Origin: a virus
Strand: one strand, 5' to 3'
IMG/VR virus record: IMGVR_UViG_3300047494_000104
Coordinates: 4,343 to 68,342 of that record
Length of the DNA: 64,000 nucleotides
The notes under the pieces were generated by a model that worked only from the letters and a program-made list of their open reading frames with translations, was not told the origin of the DNA and made no database searches. The position numbers were made by a program, and so were the translations under genes. Below, in pieces: positions 27,506 through 37,900 of this stretch; positions within the stretch are counted from its first letter, which is position 1, and each line of letters starts with the position of its first letter.

Positions 27506-27519
27506 TCATTACGTAATGA
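27506..27519. promoter_or_regulatory. 14-bp palindrome TCATTACGTAATGA (copy 5)
   Basis: Between TTGACA (27476) and ATG 27528. Confidence 0.7.
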
Positions 27520-27527
27520 TCCAAACT

Positions 27528-28253
27528 ATGAAAACCACTTCCTTCTCCGAACGTTTCGACCAGCAGCTCATTGAGCTTTCCGCCTTCGCGGGAGCGACTA
27601 TTCAGCAGGGCGCGCAAATGCTCGGTCGGCATGATTTTGATTCCGACGACAAGAAAAAGGGCTCGAAGCTCCGTACGGCGGCCGACATCGGCGCGGCGGG
27701 CGCGGTTGGCGCGGGTGCCGGGGCGGTTGGAACCTATGTTCACGGCGTTCGCAAGTCGGGCGGTAACGCATCCGGCATGGACGCCATGCGGGTTGGCGCG
27801 CGTGATATTTCCAACAAGGTCGTCGGCGCGACCAAGGCCCCGATCAAGGCCGGCGGTGCAAAGCTCGGCAAGTTCCTCGGTAAGGCCGGGCGCACCGTCG
27901 CCAAGGCCGCGAAGAATCTCAGCGCGCTCGATCGCATCACCGAATTCACCCGCGAGGTCGAGCAGATCGTCAATTTCGAGACGATCGACAACGCCACGGC
28001 CAAGAAGCCCGTCAACAAGCAGCCCGCCAAGAGTCATAAATGGGCAACGGCAGTCGGCATGGGCACTGCCGCCGGCGTTGGCGCCGCCGCCGGTCACTAC
28101 GGCACCAAGCACTCGGCCCAGATCGCCAAGGCTGGAAAGAGCGGGGTGACCATGGCGAAGGCCGGCTACAAGACCGGCAAGAGCAAGATGGCGTCCGTCG
28201 GCAAGGGCGTCATGGGCGAGATGCGCAAGGTTGCCGGCAAGTTCAAGAAATAA
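27528..28253 (+). CDS. Basic Gly/Ala-rich protein (same type as 24825)
   Basis: IELSA, ITEFT, IVNFE motifs; glycine-zipper-like segments. Confidence 0.8.
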   Translation: MKTTSFSERFDQQLIELSAFAGATIQQGAQMLGRHDFDSDDKKKGSKLRTAADIGAAGAVGAGAGAVGTYVHGVRKSGGNASGMDAMRVGARDISNKVVGATKAPIKAGGAKLGKFLGKAGRTVAKAAKNLSALDRITEFTREVEQIVNFETIDNATAKKPVNKQPAKSHKWATAVGMGTAAGVGAAAGHYGTKHSAQIAKAGKSGVTMAKAGYKTGKSKMASVGKGVMGEMRKVAGKFKK

Positions 28254-28258
28254 TCCCC

Positions 28259-29491
28259 ATGGCCAAGGAAGACACCGATTACAACCCGGCGATCCGCAAA
28301 GAGATCAAGGCTGACGCGGAAACCGGGCGCTCGTTCAAGAAGTGGAAGCACCGCGCGCAGGGTGCTGCCGTGGGAACTGCGATCGGAACTGTTGCCGGAG
28401 TTCTCGCGGGCCGCAAACTTCGCCGGGCTCTTTCCGCTGAAGAGGCGTTCGTCAGCTTCACGGTGCGCGACTCTCGATCAGGGAAGATCACGAATTTCGG
28501 CCACCGTGATATGGCCTCGATTTTGGGAGTAACTGAATTCAAGGACAAACAGCTTCGCGCGATTCAAAAAGAGGGATCCGACGATCTAAAGGCCAATGGA
28601 ATTGGCGCTGGAATAGGTGCCGGCGTTGGACTATATGCAAGCCGCGGGCCCGGCAAACAGCACATCAAGGAAAAAAAATTGGTCGCAGGTAAAGATGGAA
28701 TACTTCACCCCAGGGTTCCTATCAAAGATACGCTTAAGGCTTGGGGGCCGCATATTAAGGCCAAAGGTCGAGCCGCGCTGATCGGCGCCTCTATAGGCGG
28801 ACTCACGGGATCGGCGATCAGCGAACATCGGCGCAATAAAGCCGACCAACGCGTAGGAAGAAATATTCGGTACGGTCGAAACATGGCATCGATCCTCGGC
28901 ACCACCAATCTTTCTGTCGGCGCCTTCCGCGAGATGGTCGAATCCGCCGAGAAGCTGAAGAAGCTCCACGTGAAAAAGTGGAAGGAGATGGACCCGAAAA
29001 TGCGCGACGCAGAGCGCAAAGATCTCCGCATACATCGCCAAGCACTAAGCGACGTGGAAAACGCCTCCAGCGATTACCCGACCTACTATAGCTCGACCGA
29101 GCAGACGACCGATATGGACTGCGGAGTCGAGCGCCATCCTGGTGACCTCCCGATGGATCCCGCGACGCTGAAGCGCAAGAAGCTGAATGCCGGCCAAACG
29201 GGCCCGCAATCGCCGCTCATGCCCCAGGATCCGATCAAGAAGATCACGAGCAGCAACGGCAAGATGCACTTCAGCGATCGACGCACGTTCTTCGCGGCCG
29301 ACGCCAATGGTCGCCCGCATAGTTCCGCCGGCACCTTCCAGCCCGAAGTCGATGGTGTGACTTCGCAGCAGGTCCAGCGCGCGTACAATCCGAAGACCAG
29401 GCTGACCGGGATCACGCCCGGCAAGGGACTGGTCAAACGGCAGATCATGCGCCGCGCGCTCGCTCGAGTGGGTGCAACAACCGATCTCTGA
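28259..29491 (+). CDS. Basic modular protein (same type)
   Basis: Start MAKEDTD; internal repeat MASILGVTEF / MASILGTTNL. Confidence 0.75.
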   Translation: MAKEDTDYNPAIRKEIKADAETGRSFKKWKHRAQGAAVGTAIGTVAGVLAGRKLRRALSAEEAFVSFTVRDSRSGKITNFGHRDMASILGVTEFKDKQLRAIQKEGSDDLKANGIGAGIGAGVGLYASRGPGKQHIKEKKLVAGKDGILHPRVPIKDTLKAWGPHIKAKGRAALIGASIGGLTGSAISEHRRNKADQRVGRNIRYGRNMASILGTTNLSVGAFREMVESAEKLKKLHVKKWKEMDPKMRDAERKDLRIHRQALSDVENASSDYPTYYSSTEQTTDMDCGVERHPGDLPMDPATLKRKKLNAGQTGPQSPLMPQDPIKKITSSNGKMHFSDRRTFFAADANGRPHSSAGTFQPEVDGVTSQQVQRAYNPKTRLTGITPGKGLVKRQIMRRALARVGATTDL

Positions 29492-29676
29492 TATGAAAAT
29501 TACGGCGATGCTCGAGGTGAGGGACGAGCAAGGAATGGTTATCGCCGTCCGTTATTTCAGGGAAGACGGCACCTATGCCGACCACGGCGACATGCAGGCG
29601 CTCAAGTCCGCGATCGAGCTGTTCCGCGGCAAGCCTCTCCCCGACGAAGCGTAATCGTTGACATGGCCGAAGGGTC

Positions 29677-30786
29677 ATGTCCACCAAGCTCACTTACTTC
29701 AGCCGCCTCACTCCCGAGCGCGTCGATAAAGAAAAAGGAATCATCACCGGCGTTTCGGTGATCACCGGCGGCGTGCAAGCCAAAGGCCACCCTTTGATTT
29801 GCGACGACCAAACTGTGCAGCAAATGTTCTCGGCGTGCGCCTCGAAGGGCCAGATCAAGACGAAGGCGAACCACAAGTCCGGAGTGAAAGAGGTCAATGG
29901 TTACCTCGCTGACTTCCGGGTTGTTCAAGGTCCCACCGGCGAGAAACTTTTGGCCGATTGGCATTTACTTCACAAGGACCCGAACTACGAGCACACCCTC
30001 GAGATCGCCGAGCGCATGCCGGCCACCGTGGGCCTTTCCGCCTCGTTCACTTCGCCCAAGGGATTCGAAAAAGGTCAGACCACCCGCTTCGGGAAAGCGG
30101 CCCGCGTGAAGGAAGTCCTCTCTGTGGATTTCGTGACGGATCCAGCGGCCAATCCCGACGGCCTATTTGAAATCGGCAACCAAGAAGTTGACACGTCAGA
30201 AAAGAATATGACCACCGAAGAGATGCTTGCTCAACTCCTGAAAAATCAGACTGAACTTTCGGCCGCCGTCGCAGGCATCCAGGAGTTCAACGAAAACCTC
30301 GTCGCCGAGCGCGAAGCCTATGAAGAGCAGGCCGAGCTCGAGCCCGAACAGGAAGAGCAGGAGGAAGAGGAGCAGGCCGAAGAGCAGGAGGAAGAGAATC
30401 CCATGCTCGCAGCCGCCCTCGCCCGCATCGAGCAGCTCGAGGCCCGCGTTGAGGCCGAAGAGCAGGAAGAGGTCGAGAATAAATACGAGATGGCCCTCGG
30501 CGTTCTTCGCGACCAGGTCACTCTCCTCGCCGCCCAGCGCGACGAAGCGATCGCCGAACTCGAGTCCTACAAGACTCCCCGAGTCGCCACCTCTTCGGAC
30601 GGAATGCGCCTGTTCTCCCGCGGCGCATCCGGCCAAACCGAATTTGAGCAACACGTCTCGGAAGCAGTCGCCAGCGGCAAGAAGCGCACCGATGCGATCC
30701 GCGAGTTCATCGCTCAATACCCCGATCTCTACGAGACGCACCTGAACTCCAAAGAGGCCGTCGGTTCCATCTCTCTGACCCGGTAA
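29677..30786 (+). CDS. Prohead protease with C-terminal scaffold
   Basis: GIITGVSVIT.G.QAKGH, GLSASF, SVDFVTDPAANPDGLF; acidic coiled-coil C-terminus. Confidence 0.88.
   Translation: MSTKLTYFSRLTPERVDKEKGIITGVSVITGGVQAKGHPLICDDQTVQQMFSACASKGQIKTKANHKSGVKEVNGYLADFRVVQGPTGEKLLADWHLLHKDPNYEHTLEIAERMPATVGLSASFTSPKGFEKGQTTRFGKAARVKEVLSVDFVTDPAANPDGLFEIGNQEVDTSEKNMTTEEMLAQLLKNQTELSAAVAGIQEFNENLVAEREAYEEQAELEPEQEEQEEEEQAEEQEEENPMLAAALARIEQLEARVEAEEQEEVENKYEMALGVLRDQVTLLAAQRDEAIAELESYKTPRVATSSDGMRLFSRGASGQTEFEQHVSEAVASGKKRTDAIREFIAQYPDLYETHLNSKEAVGSISLTR
30208..30786 (+). CDS. Nested in-frame scaffold protein (Nu3-like)
   Basis: In-frame ATG (MTTEEMLAQ) preceded by GTTGACA at the same spacing as other structural genes. 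Confidence 0.6.
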   Translation: MTTEEMLAQLLKNQTELSAAVAGIQEFNENLVAEREAYEEQAELEPEQEEQEEEEQAEEQEEENPMLAAALARIEQLEARVEAEEQEEVENKYEMALGVLRDQVTLLAAQRDEAIAELESYKTPRVATSSDGMRLFSRGASGQTEFEQHVSEAVASGKKRTDAIREFIAQYPDLYETHLNSKEAVGSISLTR

Positions 30787-30817
30787 TCATCACCATCATC
30801 GAACACCTCCCAAAACC

Positions 30818-31219
30818 ATGAATCCGAATCGCGTTCTTTCCTTTCCCAACGGCTCCACGGCCATGATCCTCGGCACCCGAGTCATCCTGGCCGTTCAGGG
30901 CGGCGTGCTGGTGACCGTTCCTGCCGGTACAGCCGCGGGCGCAATCGGCACGCTCGTTCGGGATGTTGCCGCTGGCGGCGCTCCGGCGGCCGGCACGGTG
31001 GCAAACGGCCTTGGCCAGTATTCGACGTCCGACGTTTTCTGCCCGGGCGCTCTTTCTTGGGGCGTGGCCGATGGCCCGATCACTGCGGGCGCCACGGTCT
31101 ACGGCCAGATCAACGGCCAGATCACGGCAACCGTCACTGGGGCCGCGGTTGGTATTGCGACTCAAACCGCTGGCGCCGCCGGCGATCAAATCGAATTCCT
31201 CCACGGCACCTCGGACTAA
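30818..31219 (+). CDS. Capsid decoration/cement protein
   Basis: Gly/Ala/Thr-rich; ITAGATVY, VGIA..AGAAGDQIE; between scaffold and MCP. Confidence 0.7.
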   Translation: MNPNRVLSFPNGSTAMILGTRVILAVQGGVLVTVPAGTAAGAIGTLVRDVAAGGAPAAGTVANGLGQYSTSDVFCPGALSWGVADGPITAGATVYGQINGQITATVTGAAVGIATQTAGAAGDQIEFLHGTSD

Positions 31220-31253
31220 TCCCAGATTTCCATAACCCCAAAAAAATACATCC

Positions 31254-32225
31254 ATGTACGAAAATTCAGCCGCTATCAGCCGTCCGGAAATCTCCGCATT
31301 TCTGGAAGAGGCATCTGACGACGCAGGACTAATCGCAGGAAAAGTCCTCCCGATCTACACCTCTTCGGCCCGCGCTGGGCGCTACCCGCGCATCCGCATC
31401 GCGGCTGGTGCGTTGATGAAGGCCGGCTCGACCCGCCGCGGCACCTCCGGCACCTATAACGAAACGACTCGCTCGTTCGAGTGGGACACCTTCGACTGCC
31501 AGGACTACGGCCTCACGGAACGCGTCGACGACGTCGTTGCGCGCGAGATGTCCAACTTCTTCGACGCCGAGGTCTACACGGCCAAGTTCGTCAAGGAGAA
31601 CATGGAGCTCGACTACGAGAACCGCGTGGCAGGCTTGGTGTTCAACCCGAACACCTTCACCGTCACGAATTCCGCCGTGCCCTACACGAACGCGAATCTC
31701 GCGACCATCTCCTTCCCGACCGACTTGAACAACGCGATCGCCACGATGCGCTTGCGTCGGTATAAACCGAATTGCATGGTACTCAACAGGCTCGTATTCA
31801 ACAGATTGCGCGCATCCACCCTGCTTCAAAATTACCTTTACGGTAACATCGGAGCGGGCACGCAGTATCGCCTCATCACGCCCGAGGATCTGGGGTCCGC
31901 GTTCGGAATTCCCAACGTCTTTATTGCCGATGCGGCCATCGATCCGACGCCCTTGGGTCGCGGGACTGCCTCTGTTCTCGCCAATCTGCAATTCGTTTGG
32001 TCCAGCGCCTACGTCGGACTGTTCAAAGTTGCGGGCGGTGATTTCAGTGCCGGCGGAATGGGCCGTACCATTTCGTGGGGCGCTGATGTTCCTGGCGGAC
32101 TTTTTGTTTCCGAGACTTTCCGGAACGAGGAACGCCGAGGGAATATTGTTCGCGTCAGGATGAACACAGCGGAGAAGATCATCGACACGAATGCCGGCTA
32201 TCTTATCGGCACTCAGTACAGTTGA
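31254..32225 (+). CDS. Major capsid protein
   Basis: Position, size (323 aa), IAGKVLP, YENRVA, PNCMVL, VRVR pattern. Confidence 0.85.
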   Translation: MYENSAAISRPEISAFLEEASDDAGLIAGKVLPIYTSSARAGRYPRIRIAAGALMKAGSTRRGTSGTYNETTRSFEWDTFDCQDYGLTERVDDVVAREMSNFFDAEVYTAKFVKENMELDYENRVAGLVFNPNTFTVTNSAVPYTNANLATISFPTDLNNAIATMRLRRYKPNCMVLNRLVFNRLRASTLLQNYLYGNIGAGTQYRLITPEDLGSAFGIPNVFIADAAIDPTPLGRGTASVLANLQFVWSSAYVGLFKVAGGDFSAGGMGRTISWGADVPGGLFVSETFRNEERRGNIVRVRMNTAEKIIDTNAGYLIGTQYS

Positions 32226-32253
32226 TCATCATAGGAATTTCTTAGTTGTCGTC

Positions 32254-32283
32254 AGCCCGCTAGGAGGATACTCTTAGCGGGCT
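32254..32283 (+). terminator. 13-bp hairpin after MCP (terminator or translational repressor of the endonuclease)
   Basis: AGCCCGCTAGGAG-GATA-CTCTTAGCGGGCT, ending 5 nt before ATG 32289. Confidence 0.65.
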
Positions 32284-32288
32284 TTCCT

Positions 32289-33077
32289 ATGGACGTTTTT
32301 ATCTATGCTCTCATCGATCCAATAAATGGCGACGTTCGATATATAGGGAAAACGATAGATCTTAAAGTTAGGTTTCGCCTTCACCTCAACCAGACGTGGA
32401 AAAACATCCACAAAAACAACTGGATTAAAGCGCTTCTTGCGCAAGGCAAGGAACCCATCATGGAGGTCATCGAAACGATCCCTAATTCCGACGACACCGA
32501 CTGGCAAATCCGAGAGACTCATTGGATCCAATTTTATAGAGCGCTCGGATCACCTCTTACCAATTTAGATACCGGCGGCATCGGAGGAAAGAAGCGCTCG
32601 GAAGAAACGAAGCTTAAAATCGGGTTGTCTCAAAAAGGCAAAAGACTGTCTGACCGGCACATTCAATTTCTGAAGGAAAGGTCGATATCACCTGAAACGC
32701 GGATGAGGCTTAGCGCCGCAAACAAAGGGCGCTTAGTCTCTCTCGAATTAGCAGCCCTGCGTGGTGCAGCTCAGAAAGGGCTCAAGCGGTCGGATGAGTT
32801 CAAGGAAAAGCAGAGGTTGGCCGGGCTCAACCGTCGGCATTCGGCTGAAACGATCGCCAAAATGAAAGATCTCCACGCCAATCGAGATCCAGCCATTAAT
32901 GCCAAAATTAGCGCGACTAAAACGGGCGTGAAAGACAGCCCGGAAACCCGGGAGAAGAAGCGGTTGATGCGCATCGGCAAGAAGCATTCGCCTGAGACCA
33001 TTCAGAGAATGAGGGAGGCGGCCGCGCGGCGCAAGGCGTTGACAGCCTCCCAAGTGAGTGCAGAACCCGCTATCTGA
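32289..33077 (+). CDS. Free-standing GIY-YIG homing endonuclease with NUMOD3 repeats
   Basis: FIYALIDP...RYIGKT, REtHWI, LTN..GG.G, repeated SEET/SPET+K/R motifs. Confidence 0.88.
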   Translation: MDVFIYALIDPINGDVRYIGKTIDLKVRFRLHLNQTWKNIHKNNWIKALLAQGKEPIMEVIETIPNSDDTDWQIRETHWIQFYRALGSPLTNLDTGGIGGKKRSEETKLKIGLSQKGKRLSDRHIQFLKERSISPETRMRLSAANKGRLVSLELAALRGAAQKGLKRSDEFKEKQRLAGLNRRHSAETIAKMKDLHANRDPAINAKISATKTGVKDSPETREKKRLMRIGKKHSPETIQRMREAAARRKALTASQVSAEPAI

Positions 33078-33423
33078 CTTCGACCAAGGAATTTTAGAAG
33101 CTCAGCTCGACGGCGCCCTAGTGGAGATGCCGGACGAGATCACGATCAAGGGCATAACGGTCCGGGCGGTGATCACGGAGCGGACCAATTCCAAGAGGAA
33201 CATTCGGGGCGGCCAATCTTACGAGGTTAGCGCATCGGTCAACATCTTGCGGACTGATTTTCTTGCGACCGGCGGGGATATTTCGGGCGGCGATCAGGTC
33301 ACCTTTTCCGACGGTCTCGTGGGCAAGATCCGGCTGGTCGACGATTGCGCCGGGCCGGTGTTCACCCTGCGCATCGGTCCCATACTCGAAGGCTCGGCTG
33401 GTCCTGGTGGAGGTGAGTGGTGA
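33058..33423 (+). CDS. Head-tail joining protein
   Basis: Position, size, beta-rich sequence. Confidence 0.6.
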   Translation: MQNPLSDFDQGILEAQLDGALVEMPDEITIKGITVRAVITERTNSKRNIRGGQSYEVSASVNILRTDFLATGGDISGGDQVTFSDGLVGKIRLVDDCAGPVFTLRIGPILEGSAGPGGGEW

Positions 33424-33869
33424 CCGGAGCGCGTCGATCGATCGAGATAGTCCTCGCGGACGTCTTCGGTCAGTTCATCACGGACTTTAAGGTGCTGCCC
33501 GGGCGCAACGACGGGCAAGTCACGATGCCGTATTTTTCCGTGGTGGCGGAAGAGGTGCTGGAGCAGCCGCGCGGGTCCGGGGTTTACTTGGGCGTGATCA
33601 AATTCATCGTGGTGACGGACAGCAATACGCAGATCACCGCCGCCCAGGACGCGCGGATCGGTGAATGCATGGAGCTGGTGCGGTCTCTATCTGATACGCT
33701 CTGCAATGCGAACACCTGCATTGCAGACGAGACGCTCAACCTGATCGTGGAGGGCATGGCGCAAATGTCCCAGTTCGTTGCCGATGAGGAACAGGCTTAC
33801 GAGGATGAAGTGGAGCTGCGGGTCGGGTTTCGGCAGACGAACACGCCTCCTATTATCCCGCCCGGTTGA
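33417..33869 (+). CDS. Putative tail terminator/completion protein
   Basis: Position and size only. Confidence 0.5.
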   Translation: MVTGARRSIEIVLADVFGQFITDFKVLPGRNDGQVTMPYFSVVAEEVLEQPRGSGVYLGVIKFIVVTDSNTQITAAQDARIGECMELVRSLSDTLCNANTCIADETLNLIVEGMAQMSQFVADEEQAYEDEVELRVGFRQTNTPPIIPPG

Positions 33870-33885
33870 CATTCCTTAAAACAAC

Positions 33886-34227
33886 ATGGCAACATTCGTC
33901 CAACGCGGCGTACAGGATGCGGTTTTCGGCATCGTAACAGTCGTCAATTTCCTTTACCTCGAGCAGGTGGATGAAGATCTCTCGCCGGAGTTCATGGCAG
34001 AGATGGCCGACCAGAACGGCATTTGCGTGGGCAAGGTTTACGGGCCCACCAAGCCGACCGCCTCGTTCCAGGGCACGCTCAAGGGTACGCCCGCGGTTGC
34101 CGGATCTGTTTTCACCTTTAACGGGCTCAACTACATCGTCGAGAAAGTTACGCGCGTGCAAAAGAACAAGGATTTTGTTAAGTCTTCGTTCGATGCGACT
34201 GCGTACCCCGGAATTCCGAATCCTTAA
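33886..34227 (+). CDS. Putative tail tube protein
   Basis: Position; preceded by GTTGACA element. Confidence 0.5.
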   Translation: MATFVQRGVQDAVFGIVTVVNFLYLEQVDEDLSPEFMAEMADQNGICVGKVYGPTKPTASFQGTLKGTPAVAGSVFTFNGLNYIVEKVTRVQKNKDFVKSSFDATAYPGIPNP

Positions 34228-34249
34228 CCTATGGAGGCGGTGAGCCTTC

Positions 34250-34918
34250 ATGGAAAATAAGTATCTCAGCGAGGCTTGGGATAATAAGCCCGGTCGCAAG
34301 GTCTACGGCTTTCGCCTGAAGCCGTTTTGCTACTACTACCTGCACCTACTGCAGTCGATCGATAGCCCGCTTTTGCATCCAGATCGGCCATTCAAGGCGT
34401 CGCATTTGCTCATAGGAGCGGAGATCTGTTCATCGCCTTGGAGTGAGGAAGGGTATACGCTGGATCGGATTTTGAGTCCTGGGCAATTTCGCAGGCGTCG
34501 CAATCAGCTTCGAATCGCTACCTGCAATTTCTCAAACCAGATAGACGCGTGGCGCGACTATTACGCGGACTTCTTAGTTGAGGCCAAAAAGTGGGAAGAC
34601 TCGGGAGAGGAATACGACGACGAGGGCAACGTCGTTCGAAAGCACAAGGTCATGGGCAGGCTGGATCTCGACCGGGTCATGGCGTCCGCGACGGCGGTCA
34701 TTGTTCCGTCGGGATGGGACGAGGAAAAGGTAATGATGATGCCGATCGGTCGAGCGTTCGGGTGGGCGGACTACTTCGCCATTCACGCTGGGAACGACAA
34801 GATCAAGTTCGTCACGGCCGTTGAAGAGGCGATCGAGGAAGCTTTCGAAAAGAAGATGGCCGAAGAGGAGCGTAAGCAGAAAGAAAAGGAGGCCAATGGC
34901 AACCCCACGACTAAGTAA
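34250..34918 (+). CDS. Putative tail assembly chaperone
   Basis: Immediately before tape measure. Confidence 0.5.
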   Translation: MENKYLSEAWDNKPGRKVYGFRLKPFCYYYLHLLQSIDSPLLHPDRPFKASHLLIGAEICSSPWSEEGYTLDRILSPGQFRRRRNQLRIATCNFSNQIDAWRDYYADFLVEAKKWEDSGEEYDDEGNVVRKHKVMGRLDLDRVMASATAVIVPSGWDEEKVMMMPIGRAFGWADYFAIHAGNDKIKFVTAVEEAIEEAFEKKMAEEERKQKEKEANGNPTTK

Positions 34919-37900
34919 GCTTGCCAGCGACTATGGCGGGGATCTTCTTTTGCCCGTCGCCACTCTCGTTTCCGGCGGAAGCAAAATCGCCGCCGGGATG
35001 CAGCTCGTGGGCGGCATCATCGTTACCAAGGTTCTCGGTCCTCTGGGGGCCGTCGCCGGCATCATGAGCGGCATCATCGTATCCCTTGTGAAATGGGAAC
35101 AGACGGCTCAGCTCGTGGCACGCGCGATGGACAAGGCGGCGGCCAAGGAAGCGATGACGAAACAGTTTGCCGAGCTCACCAAGAGCGTTGCGACCGCCAA
35201 GGCCCGGCTTCAGGATCTCTTTCAGTTCGCCGAAAAATCGCCCTTCCGCTTCGAAAGCGTGATTGAGGGCGGCAAAGCGCTGCAGCAACTCACGAAGGGC
35301 GCGCTGATTACCCAGGACAACCTCAAGCTGGTTGGAGATGTGGCAGCGGCTTCCGGGCAACAATTTGGCACGGCCGCGGAGAAGGTGGGCGCATTCTACG
35401 GCGACCTTCAGGACGGCCGACCGGTGCGCGCGTCGGCGGAAGAACTGCGCAACATGGGCGTTATCTCCCAAACGACAGTTGAGCGCGTCGTCGCCCTTCA
35501 AGCCGCTGGTGCTGGATTAAGTTCCACATGGAACATTGCGCGCGCGGACCTCGAGAAAGCTCAAGGGGCGATGCAGGGCGTTTCGCAGACGATCGAGGAT
35601 CTTCAGGGGAAGAAGGAAACGACCAAGGCGGGCATCGTGGCGCCGGCAGGGCAGATCTACAACGACGGCATGAAGCGCGGGCTCGAGGCGCAAAATCAGT
35701 TGCTCGAAAAGGCGGCGCCGGTGCTGACTCAGATCTTCCAAATTGTCGCCCGGGTATCGGTCGGGTTCGGCTACCTCCAGAGCGGCATCGTGCGGATGAT
35801 CGGATCGATTCCCGGGCTCACGACGCTTCTCGGAGGTCTTTCGATCGCGTTCGCAACCTTGGCGACGTCGGCGCTGGCACTCTCTGCCCTGAAGCTGGCC
35901 GCGTTCTTTCGGGATTCCGCGCTCGGGCTCAACAGCTACGCGGCGTCCGTGCGGCGCGCCACGGCCGAAACGGAGGATCTCACCAAAGCGACCATTCTGC
36001 AAACTGAGGCCGAAAGAATCGCGGCCAACGCGGCCGGCCCGGCGATCTCGGGAACCTACGCGGCTGAACAGGCGGAAAAAGCGGGCGCTCAGAAGGCGGT
36101 GATCAAGATGAAAACTGGCGCGCGATCCGTTGGCGGCGGCCTGTCGACCATTTTTCAGGGCGCGCAGACGGCTTTCAATGAGGCGCGGCGGCCGGCTGGA
36201 TCCTTCGGTCCCGAGCTTCCGCCCAACTATGTTGCTAACGTTGCGTCCGCTGGCGCCAAAGAGGCGGTGGTGGGCACGGAAGCCGTCGCCATGGGCGCGG
36301 GCGCCAAGCTGGCCACTGGGGCGGTAAAGCTGCTCGGAGAAGGGGTGTCCTATCTCGCCAAGGGGCTCGGGATGCTTTTCACCGGAGCCGGGGCGGTGGT
36401 GAGCGTTTTTGCGGTGCTGGCCGTCGGGGCGACGATTCTCTGGAATAAGTACGAGACGGCGTCGGAAGCCATCAAAACGTTCAATGACGCGACGGCGGAA
36501 TCGGTAAAGCAGCTCAAGCAACAGAGCGACAACATTCAGACGGCGACCGATCAGGCGGCGGCGTACCAAAAAGCGATCGAACTGGTAAAGACGGGCCAGG
36601 ATGAACTCAACGCCGCGATGGCCGAAAAGAGCTCCGCGCCCGTCATTGGCGGATTGCTGGACTATTTCAACCAGGTCGACGGCAAGATCAAAGCAGCCAA
36701 GGACGCCATCGCCCAGGGAACAGGTCTCCAGACTCAGATCAAGGGCAAGCAGGGCCTCGCACTGTCCGACGACCAGAACAAGCAAGTGCTCGATTTCCAA
36801 CTCGGGGCGCAGCAGGCGGCGCAACAGCGGGAGCTTGTCGGGGTATCTCCGGAGCGGCAGGCAGCAATTCTTCAGCAGCGCGCAGATGCGGCGGCCAAAG
36901 AGCAGGCGGCTCAAATCGATGTTCAGAAGCGGCTTGCGCAACAGCAGCTCAATCTCACTCCAGAGCAGCAGACTGCGATGGGATCCGAGCAGACGGATCA
37001 AAAGGCCGTCGACGAGGCCAAGGCCAAAGAAGACGCGGAAAAAGCGCGTTTAGTGAACGCGAACAAGGCGGGGCGCCGGGTCAACACTGATTCCATTCGA
37101 TCTGACATCGCTAAAGCGACCGCCGATCGCGAGAAAGCCGAAGCGTCAGCGGCCCAGAACGCATCATTACGTAATGGCGTGAACGCGGCCCAGACAGGCA
37201 TCATGGCCACCTACGGCGGTGAGCAGGGCAAAATCAATGCGCAGCTCGCCCAGCCTGATTTGACGCAGGAGAAGCGCCAAGAACTCGGGCGGCAGCTCGT
37301 TGTGACTCAAGCGCGGCTGGCAAATCCTGCCGAACAAGAGGCTCAGGCGGCATCCGCGACCCAGCAGCTCGGTATCTCCAAGGCGCAGTCGGCCGCGGAA
37401 GCCCCCATTCTCGCCGAACAGGCCAAGGCCGTCCAGGGCGCTCCATTTACGCCGGAAGAAGAGCTCGAGTCGCAACAGAAGATCACCGATGCAAAGAAGG
37501 ATCAGTTGGACCAGACGGGCAAGCTTAACGGCATGACTCAGGACCAGATTGATCAGGCCAAACAGGCGCTCGACACAGAACAGGCCGGCCGGAAACAGGC
37601 GCTCGAGTACCGCACGAAACAGGCCGAGGCAGCGAAAAAGCTCCAAGACATCGATCAAGCCGTCGCGGAGATCAACGCAGAAGCGCTCGGCACCGCCAAG
37701 GACCAGTGGGGCACTCTACAGGATCAAGTGCGAGCCATTCAGGCGCGCAAAGATCTCACCAAAGAGGAGCAGGCCAATGCCATCCAGCTTCTCAAGATCT
37801 CGCAGGAACAGGCGGCGCTCGAAGCATACCGGAGCCAAGAGGCGACGAAACTTGCTGGCAACCAACTTCGTAGCCAAGCGCTTTTAATGACCGGGCACCT

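Noticed and set aside
32226-33077. Group I intron around the GIY-YIG gene
   Set aside because: MCP ends with a normal stop, the next gene overlaps the endonuclease, and no intron core is visible.
35517-37001. Long antisense ORFs (this one, 25014-26135, 26286-27341, 44782-45888, 9562-10674)
   Set aside because: Expected shadows of GC3-rich genes on the other strand; no motifs.
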